In this document: piece after piece, positions 13,613 through 25,599 of the stretch
Numbering within the stretch: the first letter of the stretch is position 1
Layout of the letters: each line of letters begins with the position of its first letter
Source of the DNA: Octopus sinensis
Lineage: Eukaryota
Length of the DNA: 64,000 nt
Reading direction: 5' to 3'
Assembly: GCF_006345805.1 (NCBI RefSeq)
Contig: NC_043003.1
Span: 106,702,001-106,766,000 of the forward strand
Program-made: the position numbers and the translations under genes
Notes under the pieces: model-generated
Database searches by the model: none
What the model saw: only the letters and a program-made list of their open reading frames with translations
Told to the model about the DNA's origin: nothing

Positions 13613-13945
13613 TGTTACAAATGTGAAAGAGAAAAAAGTTCTGAAAATAATTACTACAACATTCTACACAGTTTCTGAACTCTTTAGGCTTGTATCATGC
13701 CATACGTCGTCGTAAAAATATCTTTCCTATCTCTTAATTCACATTTGTTCAACCCTGATCACATCACACCATTATCTCATGAGAAGAAAACGTGCCCTGT
13801 TTTAAGAACTTTTTGCTCCCCTTCATCTGTACCACACACACACAAAAATAAAACCTAGACAAACAGTGAGTTCAGTTAGTAAAGCTGAAAGTTAATAGCA
13901 GTGACATTATGACATTTTCCTTCAGCAAATTTAGACATCATTTAC

Positions 13946-13978
13946 CATTTCCTTGAAGTCAGAAGCAGCAGCAGCAGA
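13946..13978 (-). CDS. Candidate small exon (SAAAASDFKEM)
   Basis: cagtattag| acceptor, ATG|gtaaat donor, 33 nt, phase 0->0. Confidence 0.4.
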
Positions 13979-14477
13979 CTAATACTGCTGTATAACTAAT
14001 CAAGAGAGAATTCCACTTATCAAATTAGAAATGCTCCATATTGAGATTCTTTTGGGAAATATTTCTAACAGAAATTTTATACAACTACATAAATAAAACC
14101 ATATATCTAAATCTATATATATATATATAAACACACAGCTACTAACCACGCTTCCTCCACCTGCACAGCCTTTTACATAAAGAGACATACTCTACACATG
14201 CAGTGAAGCAAATACTAGCAAACAAGGTATGAACAGCTGTTCAGAGTGAAAAGTAGGAGAGCAGAGTTTACCAAGTGACTCTATAGTTTCAGAAAGTAAA
14301 AATAATAGTTGCTGGAGGACCTCCAAAATTGGAGTACATTAAAATCCATAATATTCAGCCTCATCCATCAAAGATATATTTATATTTATATATGTTAAAT
14401 ATATTGCTCTTACCCTGGTAAAATAGGAGCAGTAAGAACATCTTAATTTGCAATATCTTCTAGCAAATTTATGGTGT

Positions 14478-14640
14478 TTAACCCTTTCGTTAGCAACCCG
14501 GCTGAAACTGCCTCTAGCTCTGTAGTACAAAAGTCTTGTTTTCATAAGTTTTGAATTAAAATCTTCCACCAAACCTTAGTCACAATTTATGTTCCTAACA
14601 CTGGCTTAATGATAACTAAGTTATTTTACTAAATTCTTTC
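14478..14640. mobile_element. piggyBac-like MITE, reverse partial copy
   Basis: Reverse complement of the 8177 family body. Confidence 0.75.
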
Positions 14641-14642
14641 TT

Positions 14643-14960
14643 ATCATCATCATCATCGTTTAACATCCGTTTCCCATGCTAGCATGGGTTGAACAGTTCG
14701 ACTGGTGTTTGGGAAGCCAGGAGGCTGCAACAGGCTCCAGTCTGATCTGGCAGAGTTTCTACAGCTGGATGCCCTTCCTAACGCCAACCACTCCATGAGT
14801 GTAGTGGGTGCTTTTTACATGCCACCGGCACAGGTGCCAGGGGAGGCTGGAAACAGCTATGATTGGTTGGCGCTGTTTACGTGCCACCGGCACGGATGCC
14901 AGTCAAGGTGGCACTGGCATCGGCCATGTTCGGATGGTGCTTTTTACGTGCCAACTGAAA
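14643..14960 (-). mobile_element. RTE-tail retroposon family C ((GAT)n tail)
   Basis: catcatcatcgtttaac...catgctagcatgggttg...ctacagctggatgcccttcctaacgccaacc; also at about 6770, 9130, 15788, 20397, 21560, 28080, 28283, 29335 and 40405. Confidence 0.85.
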
Positions 14961-15159
14961 GAAACACAGAGCATCTCAACAGAAGTATGGTGACAAAAGG
15001 GTCCCAAAAGAAAGTTATATTAGATAGGGTTAGGTGAGACAGTTGAGTTCTCTCATTTAATGTGGGTTGTATTGGGATTAAACAAACAAGGAGAATTTTG
15101 TTTGGTATTATTATTATAATCATTATTATTATTATTATTATTGTTATGTTATTCATTAC

Positions 15160-15222
15160 CAGTAATATGACACGAATGAACTTGGAGATTATGTCATTGC
15201 AAACAGAGCAAATGAGGATCTC
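15160..15222 (-). CDS. Candidate exon (EILICSVCNDIISKFIRVILL)
   Basis: ctttgtgccaatgtag| acceptor, CTG|gtaatg donor, 63 nt, phase 0->0. Confidence 0.4.
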
Positions 15223-16787
15223 CTACATTGGCACAAAGCCACAGATTTGTAAGGAAATGGGTACAGTTTTGAAGGATGTCTATCCGGATATAGGATTGGC
15301 GCCCATTTTGTAGACCACATTGGGATTTAATGCAAAGCCAAGAAGTACAAAACTAAACACTGTCGGCTCCTTCCTGTTTCTGCCAACCAAAATCTGAATA
15401 ATATATTTTACTAAACCTAAGATCAATTTCATAAGAGATAGTAACAGGTGTGGCCAAGTGGTTAAGAAGACTGTTTTGTAACTATATGGTCTTAGGTTCA
15501 ATCCTACCGCATGGGACCATGGACCAGAACCCCAGAATGACCAAAATCTTGTGAGTGGTTATATAGGAAGGTGAGTCAAGACAAACAACTACAGGCATTA
15601 AAAGATGATGTTGTGTAGCACCAAGCATGCAGCCAGTAACCCTAGAAGCAAGTTCAGTCATATGTGACCACCATTGCTGAAATTAGCTTAAAATATAACT
15701 TAAATTGGCGTTGTTGTTCAAGACGAATAGACATAACCCCATGAATATGAAGGTTTATCAGTGTATTCTCAATCCAAATAACTGTGCATCATCATCATCG
15801 TTTAGCGTCCGCTTTCCATGCTAGCATGGGTTGGACGGTTCATCTGGGGTCTGGGAAGCCAGAAGGCTGCACCAGGCCCAGTCTGATCTGGCAATGTTTC
15901 TACGGCTGGATGCATAAAGACGGTAAATGGAGAGAGGTAATAATGCACAGAAAGAGAGCAACCCACTTATATGCAGAAATGCAGTATGGACAAAAATGAA
16001 GAAACAGAAAAATGCACATTGTCTAAATCACAGTACAATATAATAAACAGGAGTTTATTATTTGCACAGGAGTGCAAACTCACAAAAAAAAAAAAATTTA
16101 ATAGAATATTTTTATCTTTTGAAGTTTGAAAAGCCTTGAAAACTTTGATAAACTTAATCAAAATGAAGTCTCAACTATAAAAATCCAGAATATTCTGTTA
16201 TTTCCCTTAAATGTTACTAAAAAAACATAACTTGTCAGAAATAGTTGAGAGAACTAAAATTCTTACAAAAGAAAATCTGATACCAAACCATCAAATCTCA
16301 ACAATTTATGTTCATTACAACTGCCATCATCTTTGAATTCCAATAAGATTCAGAAAAATTCTTTTTAGAGGAATATGGCAAAAGCAATTTCAAAAATCTC
16401 ATAACTTAACATATTACAATGGCAGAGGGTTTCAAATTTGTGGAGGAGAGAATAAAGTTAACCAATTCAACACTGTCTTGAATTTACTCTATCTGGCTTT
16501 TGTAGAATTTCAACTCAGAACATAAACAAAACAAAAAAATAACTAAATATTTTAAAGCTTTTCCCCCAGTGTGCTACCATTTCTGCTACCCCATGAGCAC
16601 TAAAGCAGAGGTGCTAAGCTCCTAATAAACCAAACATGCTAACTACATTCTGTATCTAGCAGTAGCTATTTCATGTAATTCACTTTTACTCTTGAAAAGG
16701 CATGAACAGCACAACACATTCCCTCAACTACTGAATCAACGGAGCTGATGTTTGATCATAAAATGGTTAAACCTACTCAAATACAAT

Positions 16788-17176
16788 CTCTTTTACTCTT
16801 TTACTTGTTTCAGTCATTTGACTATGGCTATGCTGGAGGACCGCCTTTAGTCGAGCAAATCGACCCCAGGACTTATTCTTTATAAGCCTAATACTTATTC
16901 TATCAGCCTCTTTTGCCGAACCGCTAAGTGACGGGGACATAAACACACCAGCATCAGTTGTCAAGCAATGCTAGGAGGACAAACACAGACACACAAACAT
17001 ACACACACATATATACACCACGGGCTTCTTTCAGTTTCCGTCTACCAAATCCATTCACAAGGCTTTGGTCGGCTCGAGGCTATAGTAGAAGACACTTGCC
17101 TAAGATGCCACGCAGTGGGATTGAACCTGGAACTATGTGGTTGGTAAACAAGCTACTTACCACACAGCCACTCCTG
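16788..17176 (-). mobile_element. SINE family A
   Basis: Near-consensus reverse copy. Confidence 0.9.
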
Positions 17177-17737
17177 TGGCTATATCAACATTCAAGCTTT
17201 ATAAACTCCATGATAATTAGCAGGTTAGGGTGTATCATTGACATGGAGTTTTTGATATGGTCACACGGACAAAATATTGATGGTCATACAGTACTTTGTG
17301 ACATAAGATACATATCTATTACAAAAATAATAACTGTCTCTTACAAAAAAAAAACAGAAAAACAAACAAACAAAAACTCCCTGAGTTCTATATGCAAAGT
17401 TGAGTCTCCCATAAGCTTTAATGGATTACAAACTATTTTTTCTGGATATGTGCTACTGAAATTTAGGTGCATCTAATATGCCAATGTGTCTTTTAAGCCA
17501 TCCAATACAATATCTTAATGACAAAAATTATGAAAAGTTTATCAAAATTTTATTTTGCCCCTCAAGTCTTTTTCACTTTCACAATGTTTTGAGTGAGTCT
17601 TTACATAGTTGTTCAACCTACAAGAAATAGCTCCTAAATTATGTCCTTTTGGTACAAAAATTAGAGACATGTTTATCCAAGATAACATGATTCTAAGTAC
17701 AGGGAACTTTAATTACCATCATCATCATCATATGCTT

Positions 17738-17976
17738 GTGGGAATATAGTGTAGTGGTTAAAAGCACAGGCTACTAACCCCAAGATTCCAAGTTCAATTC
17801 CAGGCAGTGACCTGAATAATAATAATAATAATATCGAAAAATGCCTTGGGAATGAGAACCCAGGTTCAAAATTTCCCCAAGACACCCGATGAAGGCTGGA
17901 GGGTATATAAGTCAAAACGTTAACAACAAACAAGATGAGGACAAATATCCATCAAATGTAAATAATTCCTCATCTC
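17738..17976 (+). mobile_element. tRNA-headed SINE with a hammerhead-like 3' module (core mutated in this copy)
   Basis: A-box TAGTGTAGTGG, B-box GTTCAATTCC, (AAT)n linker, then gacacCCGATGAaggctg...AAAAcgtt; homologous to 24930-25085 and 29555-29765. Confidence 0.7.
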
Positions 17977-18204
17977 TTAACCCTTTTGTTACTGCATTTA
18001 TTTTGAGATGCTCTGTGTTTCTTTCAATTACTTTAAATATAACAAAGAATTTAGTAAAATAACTTAGTTATCATTCAGCTAGTGTTAGGAACATAAATTG
18101 TGACTAAGTTTTGGAGGAAGATTTTAATCCAAAACTTATGAAAGCAAGGCATTTGTACTCAGAGCCAGAGGTGGTTTCTGTCGGGTTGGTAATGAAAGGG
18201 TTAA
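17977..18204. mobile_element. piggyBac-like MITE
   Basis: ttaacccttttg...gaaagggttaa. Confidence 0.8.
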
Positions 18205-18599
18205 ATATAGAAGAGAAGGAAGTCTTTGTATGTAGCAAATGTTACATGTTAATGGTAAGAATACCTATGAAATGAAATCAATACTTTCAAATAGTTGGAA
18301 AGTCTCTTTAGAAGTAATTGATATTTTCTATTATAAAGGTGACCTAATTAGTATGGGGGGGGGGTTATTTCAAAAGCTGGGGTGAAAACTAAAATTGATG
18401 GAGTTATTATTTCTGTCTGCAACAAAGGGATTCTCTCCAAGTATAGAGTACACAGTATGAAACCAGTGTAGGAAATGTGTTCTGTATTAACATTAAACGT
18501 GAAGGATGTGTGAAGGTTGCAAAACAAAGAGGTATGATGAGCTGGGTGTGTAATGTGAGATGGAACACAAATGTACTTTGAGAAGAACTGGGTATATGG

Positions 18600-18975
18600 G
18601 TGCAGGCGTGGCAGTGCAGAAAGAAGTTTTGCTTCCCAACCACATGGTTCTGGGTTCAGTCCCACTGTGTGGTACCTTGGGCAAGTGTGTTTTACAATAA
18701 CTGCAGGCCAAGCCTTGTAGATGGATTTGGTAGACAGAAACTGAAAGAAGTTTGTTATGTATGTATGTGTGCATGCACACACACACATATATATATATAC
18801 ATGTGTGTGTGTGTGATTTTGTCCTCCACCAATGTTGTGTTTACATCCCTGCACTATGGCAGTGTGGCAAAAGAGACCAATAGAATAAGGACAAGGAAGT
18901 CCTGGGGCCAATTCATTTTACTAAAATATTTCAAAGCAGAGCTCCAGTATGGCCTGAATCCCAGAACAAAGTTCC
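18600..18975 (+). mobile_element. SINE family A
   Basis: Diverged full-length copy; another follows at 19085-19415. Confidence 0.8.
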
Positions 18976-19432
18976 CAAAATAGAATAGGTTTGCATATTA
19001 TGAGAAAAACATTCTCTTGAGCTCAGACTGGACCCTAAAAAGCTCCTCAGGTCTTTGGGGACATTTACATTTACAAGCATGCATAGTTCAGTACCAGTGT
19101 GCTTGGGAAAGTGTCTTCTACTACAGACCATTGCTGACCAATGCCTTGGGAGTGAATTTGATAAATGGAAACTGTGCGGAAGCCCATCAAATGTGTGCAT
19201 GTGCGTGGATTTATGTTTGTCCCTACTTCCACTCCACCCATGACAACCAGTGTTGGTTTGTTTACATTCTCATTAATTAGCAGTTCAGTGAAAGAGACTG
19301 ATAGACTAGGTACCAAACAAAAAAAAAAATACGTACTGGGGTCAATTTATTTGACTAAACTCCTCAAAGCAGTGCCCCAGCATGGCCACAGTCTAATGAC
19401 AGAAAACAAGTAAGAGATAAAGCTTAACTAAC

Positions 19433-19485
19433 AACACGGCCACAGAAGAAATTATCTGATGAGTTTCTTACAAAATAGTGATAAT
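19433..19485 (-). CDS. Candidate exon (DYHYFVRNSSDNFFCGRV)
   Basis: ctttgccctgcttcgttag| acceptor, GTT|gttagt donor, 53 nt, phase 1->0. Confidence 0.4.
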
Positions 19486-20842
19486 CTAACGAAGCAGGGC
19501 AAAGCTTATAATCCAAGTATAAAAATATAATTTAATAACAATATGAATCTATCAATAGTTTTTGTTTCTTTTAAAGAGGCCAGGTTAAGTGACAAATTCA
19601 TTCCTAATATCAGTCAATTGTTACAAGAAAAAAATACATATGTACAGACCAACAATCATTAACCACGCATCGTTCCATTGGTTAATTGCACAAGCTGGCT
19701 AAGAGCCAGTACAGGTTTCAAAGTTTAAGTGGACTGTGTGTTATTGAGAGAGAGATAGACAGACAGACGGAGAAACAGGTGGTCCCCCCCCCCCCCCCCC
19801 GTACAAAGACTGCTCCATGTGAGGCAGTTTATAATTGAGAAAGTAGCTTCTGATAAATATGCATTACTGTTAACAAACATCACAGCAAGTGGTTTGTTTT
19901 ATTTACAGTGGAAGCAGACTTCTGTTTGTTCCGATGAATGTCAGTTCTTCACACAACACCAACAACAAAACATACAAATAAAAAAAAAAAAAACATGCTA
20001 TATTTTAACTGTTTCAAAATGTCAGCTAATACATAAATGAGGTCAAACAAAATAAATAAAATCAATTGTATACTAGCTGTTGGTAAAAGAACTCCAATCC
20101 ATTTCTCCCCACTCCACCCCTGAACAGTTTCACATTTATTTGTACCAAACTAGCATGAGTGGGTGAAATGAGTCTTCAAATTTACATATGAGCTAATGAA
20201 GCATGTTGGACTTAGGATTGGTAAGTGTTCTTATAGTTAATCTATAAGGTGTTAAATATATAAATGTGAAACATGTGCCAATCTTTGATGCGTTTCAGAA
20301 ACGCTGATATTTTTGATTCAGTTTCACAGAGCAAAGGAAAACAAATCTGCCTCTTGGATAGGATGTCCATCTATCACAAATAACATTAGATGCACCATAT
20401 CATCATCATCACCATTCAATATCTGCTTTTCAATGTTTGCATGGGTCAGACAAATTTATTGAGCAGATTTTCTCTGACCAGATGCTCTTCCTGTTGCTAA
20501 CCCTCACCCATTTCGTAGCAAGGTAAATATTTCCCCCTGGCCGGATAAGCTTTTCATGGAAGACTGGAAGTGAACCTCACTTGTATGATGATGATTCTTT
20601 ATACCATCACATGATGTCTACACAAAAGGTGTACACACACACACACATAGAGTAGACATCTTTAGTTTCCAGCTGCAGTCCAATGACTGAAACAAGCCAA
20701 AGATAAAAGAAAATTCTAATGACAATGAATGTATTGTACTAAAATAAGCTAGGTAAAGGTAATCATCAAAGTTTATTCTAAATCTATGTTCCTTTATAAA
20801 ATCTATTTTAGTAGATATACTAAAATAAATGTATTATAATAT

Positions 20843-21073
20843 ATTTCTTTATTGCCCACAAGGGGCTAAACATAGAGGGGACAAACAAAGACAGACAGAG
20901 GGATTAAGTCGATTATATCGACCCCAGTGCGTAAGTGGTACTTAATTTATCAACCCTGAAAGGATGAAAGGCAAAGTTGACCTCAGCGGAACTTGAACTC
21001 AGAACATAAAGACAGATGAAATACTGCTAAGCATTTTGCCCGGCGTGCTAACATTTCTGCTAGCTCAATGCCT
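20843..21073 (-). mobile_element. SINE family B
   Basis: Full-length reverse copy. Confidence 0.9.
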
Positions 21074-21117
21074 TGACAAATGTATTATGGTATTAATTCT
21101 TGAAATAAGAAGCCTAC

Positions 21118-21166
21118 CTATCAGAAAAATTCTAGTGAATTTCAGCATTTCCTCATTCTCATGAGA
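21118..21166 (-). CDS. Candidate exon (SHENEEMLKFTRIFLI)
   Basis: atccatttttcag| acceptor, TAG|gtaggc donor, 49 nt, phase 0->1; the other two frames are closed. Confidence 0.5.
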
Positions 21167-22025
21167 CTGAAAAATGGATTTGCCATTCAAGCAACAGGAA
21201 GTGACACATTAAATGCTTTAATTCAAGTTATTTTTAACTTCATCCTTAAAGTAAAAACAAATAAATAAATATTCAAAACTAAAACACTAGAAATGTCACC
21301 AGTTTTGAATAAGTGACAAGCATGGATCTGTAGTTAAGATGTCTGTTTTGGCAACACATGGCTTTATGGTCAACCTTACTAGTAAAACCTCAGGACTGAC
21401 CAATGCCTTGCAAGTGACATTTAGTCAATGGTGACTCCAAGAAAGAGCGTGTATGTGTCGTGTGTGTCTCCCCATGACTTCATATTGACACTGTCAGGAC
21501 AGACATGAGCTTCGTTTATTTCTTGTACCTTGGTGGCTTCACATACGCATTATTATAGTCATTTAACGTTTATTTCAACATATTTGTTGAGGTTGGACAG
21601 AATACATTGACGTAGACTTTCTGCAGAGGGTTGCCCTTCTTGTCACCAAACCTCACCCATTTCCAAGCAAGGTATCATTTTCCCCATGGTCAGACATCTT
21701 TTTCTCAGACGACAGGTAACAAACAGCCTCATTTATATGACAATAATCATTTACAACCTCATGTGATGTTTAGACACAGGTACACACACACACACATAGA
21801 GCTTCTTTCAGTTTCCATCTACCAAATCCACTCACAAAGCTTTGGTCAGCACAAGGTAATACTAAAAGACACTAGCCCAAGGTGCAGCACACTGAAAAAG
21901 AAAAAAAAGTACCTTACATGACAAGGAACAGTTGGCATCAGAAAGGACATCCAGTTTTAGAACTTTTTGGATAATTTTTTTTTAAAATGACGTCATATAA
22001 ACATTCAGGCCATTAAGACTACTTA

Positions 22026-22391
22026 GTGGAGGCGCAATGGCCCAGTGGTTAGGGCAGCGGACTCGCGGTTTCGATTCCCAGACCGGGCGTTGTGAGTGTT
22101 TATTGAGCGAAAACACCTAAAGCTCCACGAGGCTCCGGCAGGGGATGGTGGTGACCCCTGCTGTACTCTTTCACCACAACTTTCTCTCACTCTTACTTCC
22201 TGTTTCTGTTGTACCTGTATTTCAAAGGGCCGGCCTTGTCACTCTCTGTGTCACGCTGAATATCCCCGAGAACTACGTTAAGGGTACACGTGTCTGTGGA
22301 GTGCTCAGCCACTTACACGTTAATTTCACGAGCAGGCTGTTCCGTTGATTCGGATCAACCGGAACCCTCATCGTCATAACCGACGGAGTGC
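22026..22391 (+). mobile_element. SINE family D (tRNA-derived head)
   Basis: gtggaggcgcaatggcccagtggttagggcagcggactcgcgg...tttcgattcccagaccggg; copies at 38985-39268(-), 59457-59760(+), 60775-61120(-). Confidence 0.9.
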
Positions 22392-22840
22392 TTCCATAAG
22401 ACTACTTACAAACAAATTATATTCTTTTATGCATCTATTTTTTTTTTTACACCACTTCCATAAGTGAAATGGTTGAATTTGTTGGAACAACTATTTTTAT
22501 GGCTAAATATTCTTTTTATAGTTAAATATTTGACTGTGAACCAACAGTGGAGTTTGTTTCTCTTTTATTCAAGCAAAGTAGAGCAAACTGATTTAGATAT
22601 TTTTTTTCTCAGGAAAACAATACATAAGCTGTAATAATATTTGAACTTATAACCAACCAGTTAACAGCTCAACACTTCTAACTCACAACCATTCAACCTC
22701 ATAAATTTTCGATTTTAAATAACTTCTCTTTAAATTTCAAATGCTTCCGAGTACATTTAATACTTGTCTCTCTTGTGTGCACTTTTTCCCCACCAATATA
22801 GTGGGAAGAAAATGTTTACTGGGAGAGAAAAGAAGTTCAC

Positions 22841-22927
22841 TTCGCAACAATGGGATTTCAGAATGACTGTCGCTGCATGGGACCTTTGGCAAATGTCTCC
22901 TACCAAAGTATCAGGTAGACCAATGCC
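22841..22927 (-). CDS. Candidate exon (GIGLPDTLVGDICQRSHAATVILKSHCCE)
   Basis: ctgcctgtatctctcgcag| acceptor, GAA|gtgaac donor, 87 nt, phase 0->0. Confidence 0.45.
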
Positions 22928-23039
22928 CTGCGAGAGATACAGGCAGAAACTGTACAAAAGTCTACCATAGGCGCAGGCATGGCTGTGTGGTAAGAAGTTT
23001 GCTACCCTGAGCTGCTTGGCAGTAGTTTGTCGGTGAGTA

Positions 23040-23556
23040 TCATACCGGTGGAAAGGAATGTACTTGGACCTTAGCGAGTATGAGATGTCCTCAGCAGAGG
23101 AGGAGCTCATTAAGGTGGTAAATGGAATGGACGAGCATTTGGAAAGAGTAGAGAGTTTTCTGAGGCTGCAGAGGTGAAGAAAAGGGAGGTGGACCTAGCT
23201 GGACTGAAGGAGCCGTGAAAGATGACACAGAAGTTAGGCAGTTATTACCCCTGAAAAGGGTTATGGTAAATATGGAAAAGAAGACCATTACCTACAAGGT
23301 GTACTCAGTAGAGAGTAGGAAGGTGGAGCAGATGTAGATGGAAAAAGTAGAAAAGGGGCTTTTGAAGGTAGTGACATATATAGCGAAAGGAAATGGATAT
23401 GGGACGGTGGTTGTCCTGTTTAGGACAGCAGAGGAGGCAAAGAGGCTGGTGAGTAGAAAATGGTGAGAATGGAGGAAGTAGTACTTCTACCTACATAACT
23501 TGGAAGAAAGACTTCTAAAGTGAGGGTAGAAGGAATCCCACCCGATATAGAAGTGA
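23040..23556 (+). mobile_element. Non-LTR retrotransposon ORF1 (RRM-like) fragment, L1/Tx1-like, inside a SINE
   Basis: Interrupted frame ...VTYIAKGNGYGTVVVLFRTAEEAKRLV...TSKVRVEGIPPDIEV; purine-rich. Confidence 0.55.
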
Positions 23557-23699
23557 GTTGCTTGACAACCGATGTTGGTGTGTTTACGACCCCCGTAACT
23601 TAGCAGGTCGGCAAAAGAGACCAATAGAATAAGTACTAGGCTTGCAGAGAATAAGTCCTGGGTTGATTTGTTAGACTAAAAGATGATGCTCCAGTTTAA

Positions 23700-24073
23700 A
23701 ATGGCACACGTCGAGCAAAATTGTCAATTACTAGAACACATTCCTCTTTGGGGATTTCCTTGATTTCTGTTGTGATTGCTGCCTTCAGTTCACCAATCAT
23801 TTGAGGGTTGTTCTGGTAAATGTTATCCTTGAGATACCCCAACAGATAAAAATCTGGTGGGTTCAAGTCCAGTAAATGCAGTGCCCACTCAAAGTCACAC
23901 TTCCTGCTGATCAGTCTCGCCTGAAATCGCTCTCTCAGCCAGGCTAGGGAGTCATTTGATGCGTGGTGGGGCGGGGGGCCATCTTGCTGGAACCCCTGTG
24001 CATCTCAATCTATCCCTCTGTGTCGTTTTATTCAAAGATTTGGGAGTTCTGAGTTTTTTTGGGTCATCCTGTA
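23700..24073 (-). mobile_element. Tc1/mariner (maT/DD37D-like) transposase remnant
   Basis: Minus strand reads FQQDGPP...WLRERF...DLNPPDFYLLGYLKDNIY. Confidence 0.8.
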
Positions 24074-24369
24074 CTAGTGCTACATGACTAACAAATTATC
24101 CTGCTGAGATAAAACAGAACAGTCGAAGTAACAGAAACAAATAATAGCTTCTAATTTAAGCTAATGAGCTGGGAAACTGTAAAACCCTGCTAGAAGAAAA
24201 CTGATTTCAAATCCTGGGTAGACCATGCTTTCGAGCAAGAGCAGAACTGAAATTTGCTAAAGGAAGAAAACCCTGACAGAAAACCAACCCCCACTGCAGG
24301 TCTTAAAGTTTGGATATGAGGCTAATCACCTGATCTTGAAAAAACTAATTACCAAAACTTCAAACACTC

Positions 24370-24690
24370 AGAACAACCCACAAACCTTTCAAGAGGCAGT
24401 GATTCCTAACCGGGAAAGAGAAGGATGCATAAGGCACTTATGCATCCTGAGAGGAAGCTCAGAGGCTGATAACACCACCTGTCAATCCAATCATAGGGAA
24501 TTGGATGACAGCCATGATATGAGCCCCTAAAGGAAAGAGGAAGCACAGAAGCCTCAAGAATATCTGAAGAAGAACTGTGGAAAAAGAGAGGCAAGCAGGT
24601 GAATGTGGAATGTGGAACCAGGCAAGAACCACAACCACTGACAGGAGAGCATGGAGAGAGAGTGGAAAACTTATGTGTTACCTAAAAGTA
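24370..24690 (+). mobile_element. RTE-clade LINE 3' ORF remnant
   Basis: Frameshifted sequence ending ...WNQARTTTTDRRAWRE. Confidence 0.6.
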
Positions 24691-24929
24691 CAAAGTGGAA
24701 AGAAGAAGAATTTGAGACATAATGGCAAATGCTCAATGCTGCAATCTCTGTCATCCAGCATGGGATAGCTATGCACTTCAAGTGACATCAGTGGTCGGCT
24801 CTTTTACAATTGGGGTTTCTTTGAGTCAAGAAAAGACTTTTCTAGATCAGTCCTCAGCACCCAGCTTGTCATGGTCCCCCAGGAAATAATAAAGGAATTT
24901 AAGTCAGGCTGACCCAAGGAGGGGCAAAA

Positions 24930-25085
24930 CATCAGCAAAAAATACCATAGGAATGAGAACCCAGGGTTGGGTCCAAAATTCTACCAGGACACCTGATGAA
25001 GGCTGGAGAGTAAATCAGCCGAAACGTTGTGGTAACAACAAAGAAGATGAGGACACATATCTGTCCAATGTAAATAATGTAAATT
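24930..25085 (+). mobile_element. 3' part of the hammerhead-bearing SINE
   Basis: Shares gggaatgagaacccagg...gacacctgatgaaggctg...aagatgaggaca...tgtaaataat with the 17.8 kb copy. Confidence 0.7.
24988..25033 (+). ncRNA. Minimal type I hammerhead ribozyme motif
   Basis: gacac-CTGATGA-a-ggctg[gagagtaaat]cagcc-GAAA-cgt-t-gtggt: intact core, 5-bp stem II, palindromic ACGT stem III, imperfect stem I. Confidence 0.55.
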
Positions 25086-25114
25086 TACATTAATAAACAC
25101 TAGAAATGTACAGA

Positions 25115-25500
25115 AAATAGACTCCATGAAATGCCAGGGGGTGGATACCTAGTAGAAGCTGATAGCTTTTGTTATCTAGGTAACCAGGTCAGCAGTGGAG
25201 GTGGATGCTCTGAGAGCATGGCAGTGAAACATGGGCTGAGACTGAAGAGGACATGCAAGGGCTTGAAAGGAATGAATCTAGTATGCTCTACTGGATGTGC
25301 AATATCAGTGTGTGTATGTGACAGAGAGTAAGCATCTTAAGAGAAAAATTGGGCATTAAAGGCATTAGATGTGGTGTGCAAGAGAGGTGACTGTGATGGT
25401 ATGGTCATGTGATGTGTAAAGTGTTGATCTCTAACTGTGGAGGGAACCTGTGGAAGAGGTAAACCAACAAAGACAAGGTGTTGAAATATGATCTTTTAAT
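25115..25500 (+). mobile_element. RTE/BovB-like reverse transcriptase remnant
   Basis: EADSFCYLGNQVSSGGGCSES (F-x-YLG RT motif). Confidence 0.75.
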
Positions 25501-25599
25501 GTGGGATCTCATGGAGGCAATGACAAGTGACCGTGATCTTTGGCGATTTGCTGTGCTTGAGAACACTTGTCAAGCCAAGTGAAATCATAGCACTGGGTG

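Noticed and set aside
15352-15393. Apparent kinase DFG motif (IFLI-DFGW) if exon 21118 spliced to 15393
   Set aside because: Stop after 12 codons and no other kinase subdomains anywhere in the chain.
16958-17476. MSSNARRTNT... ORF and its many relatives (27626, 30688, 42270, 46205, 54118, 59119)
   Set aside because: Antisense readings of family A SINE copies.
22026-22090. tRNA gene-like sequence (also 59457, 39200, 17738)
   Set aside because: A/B boxes continue directly into multi-copy SINE bodies; no complete cloverleaf.
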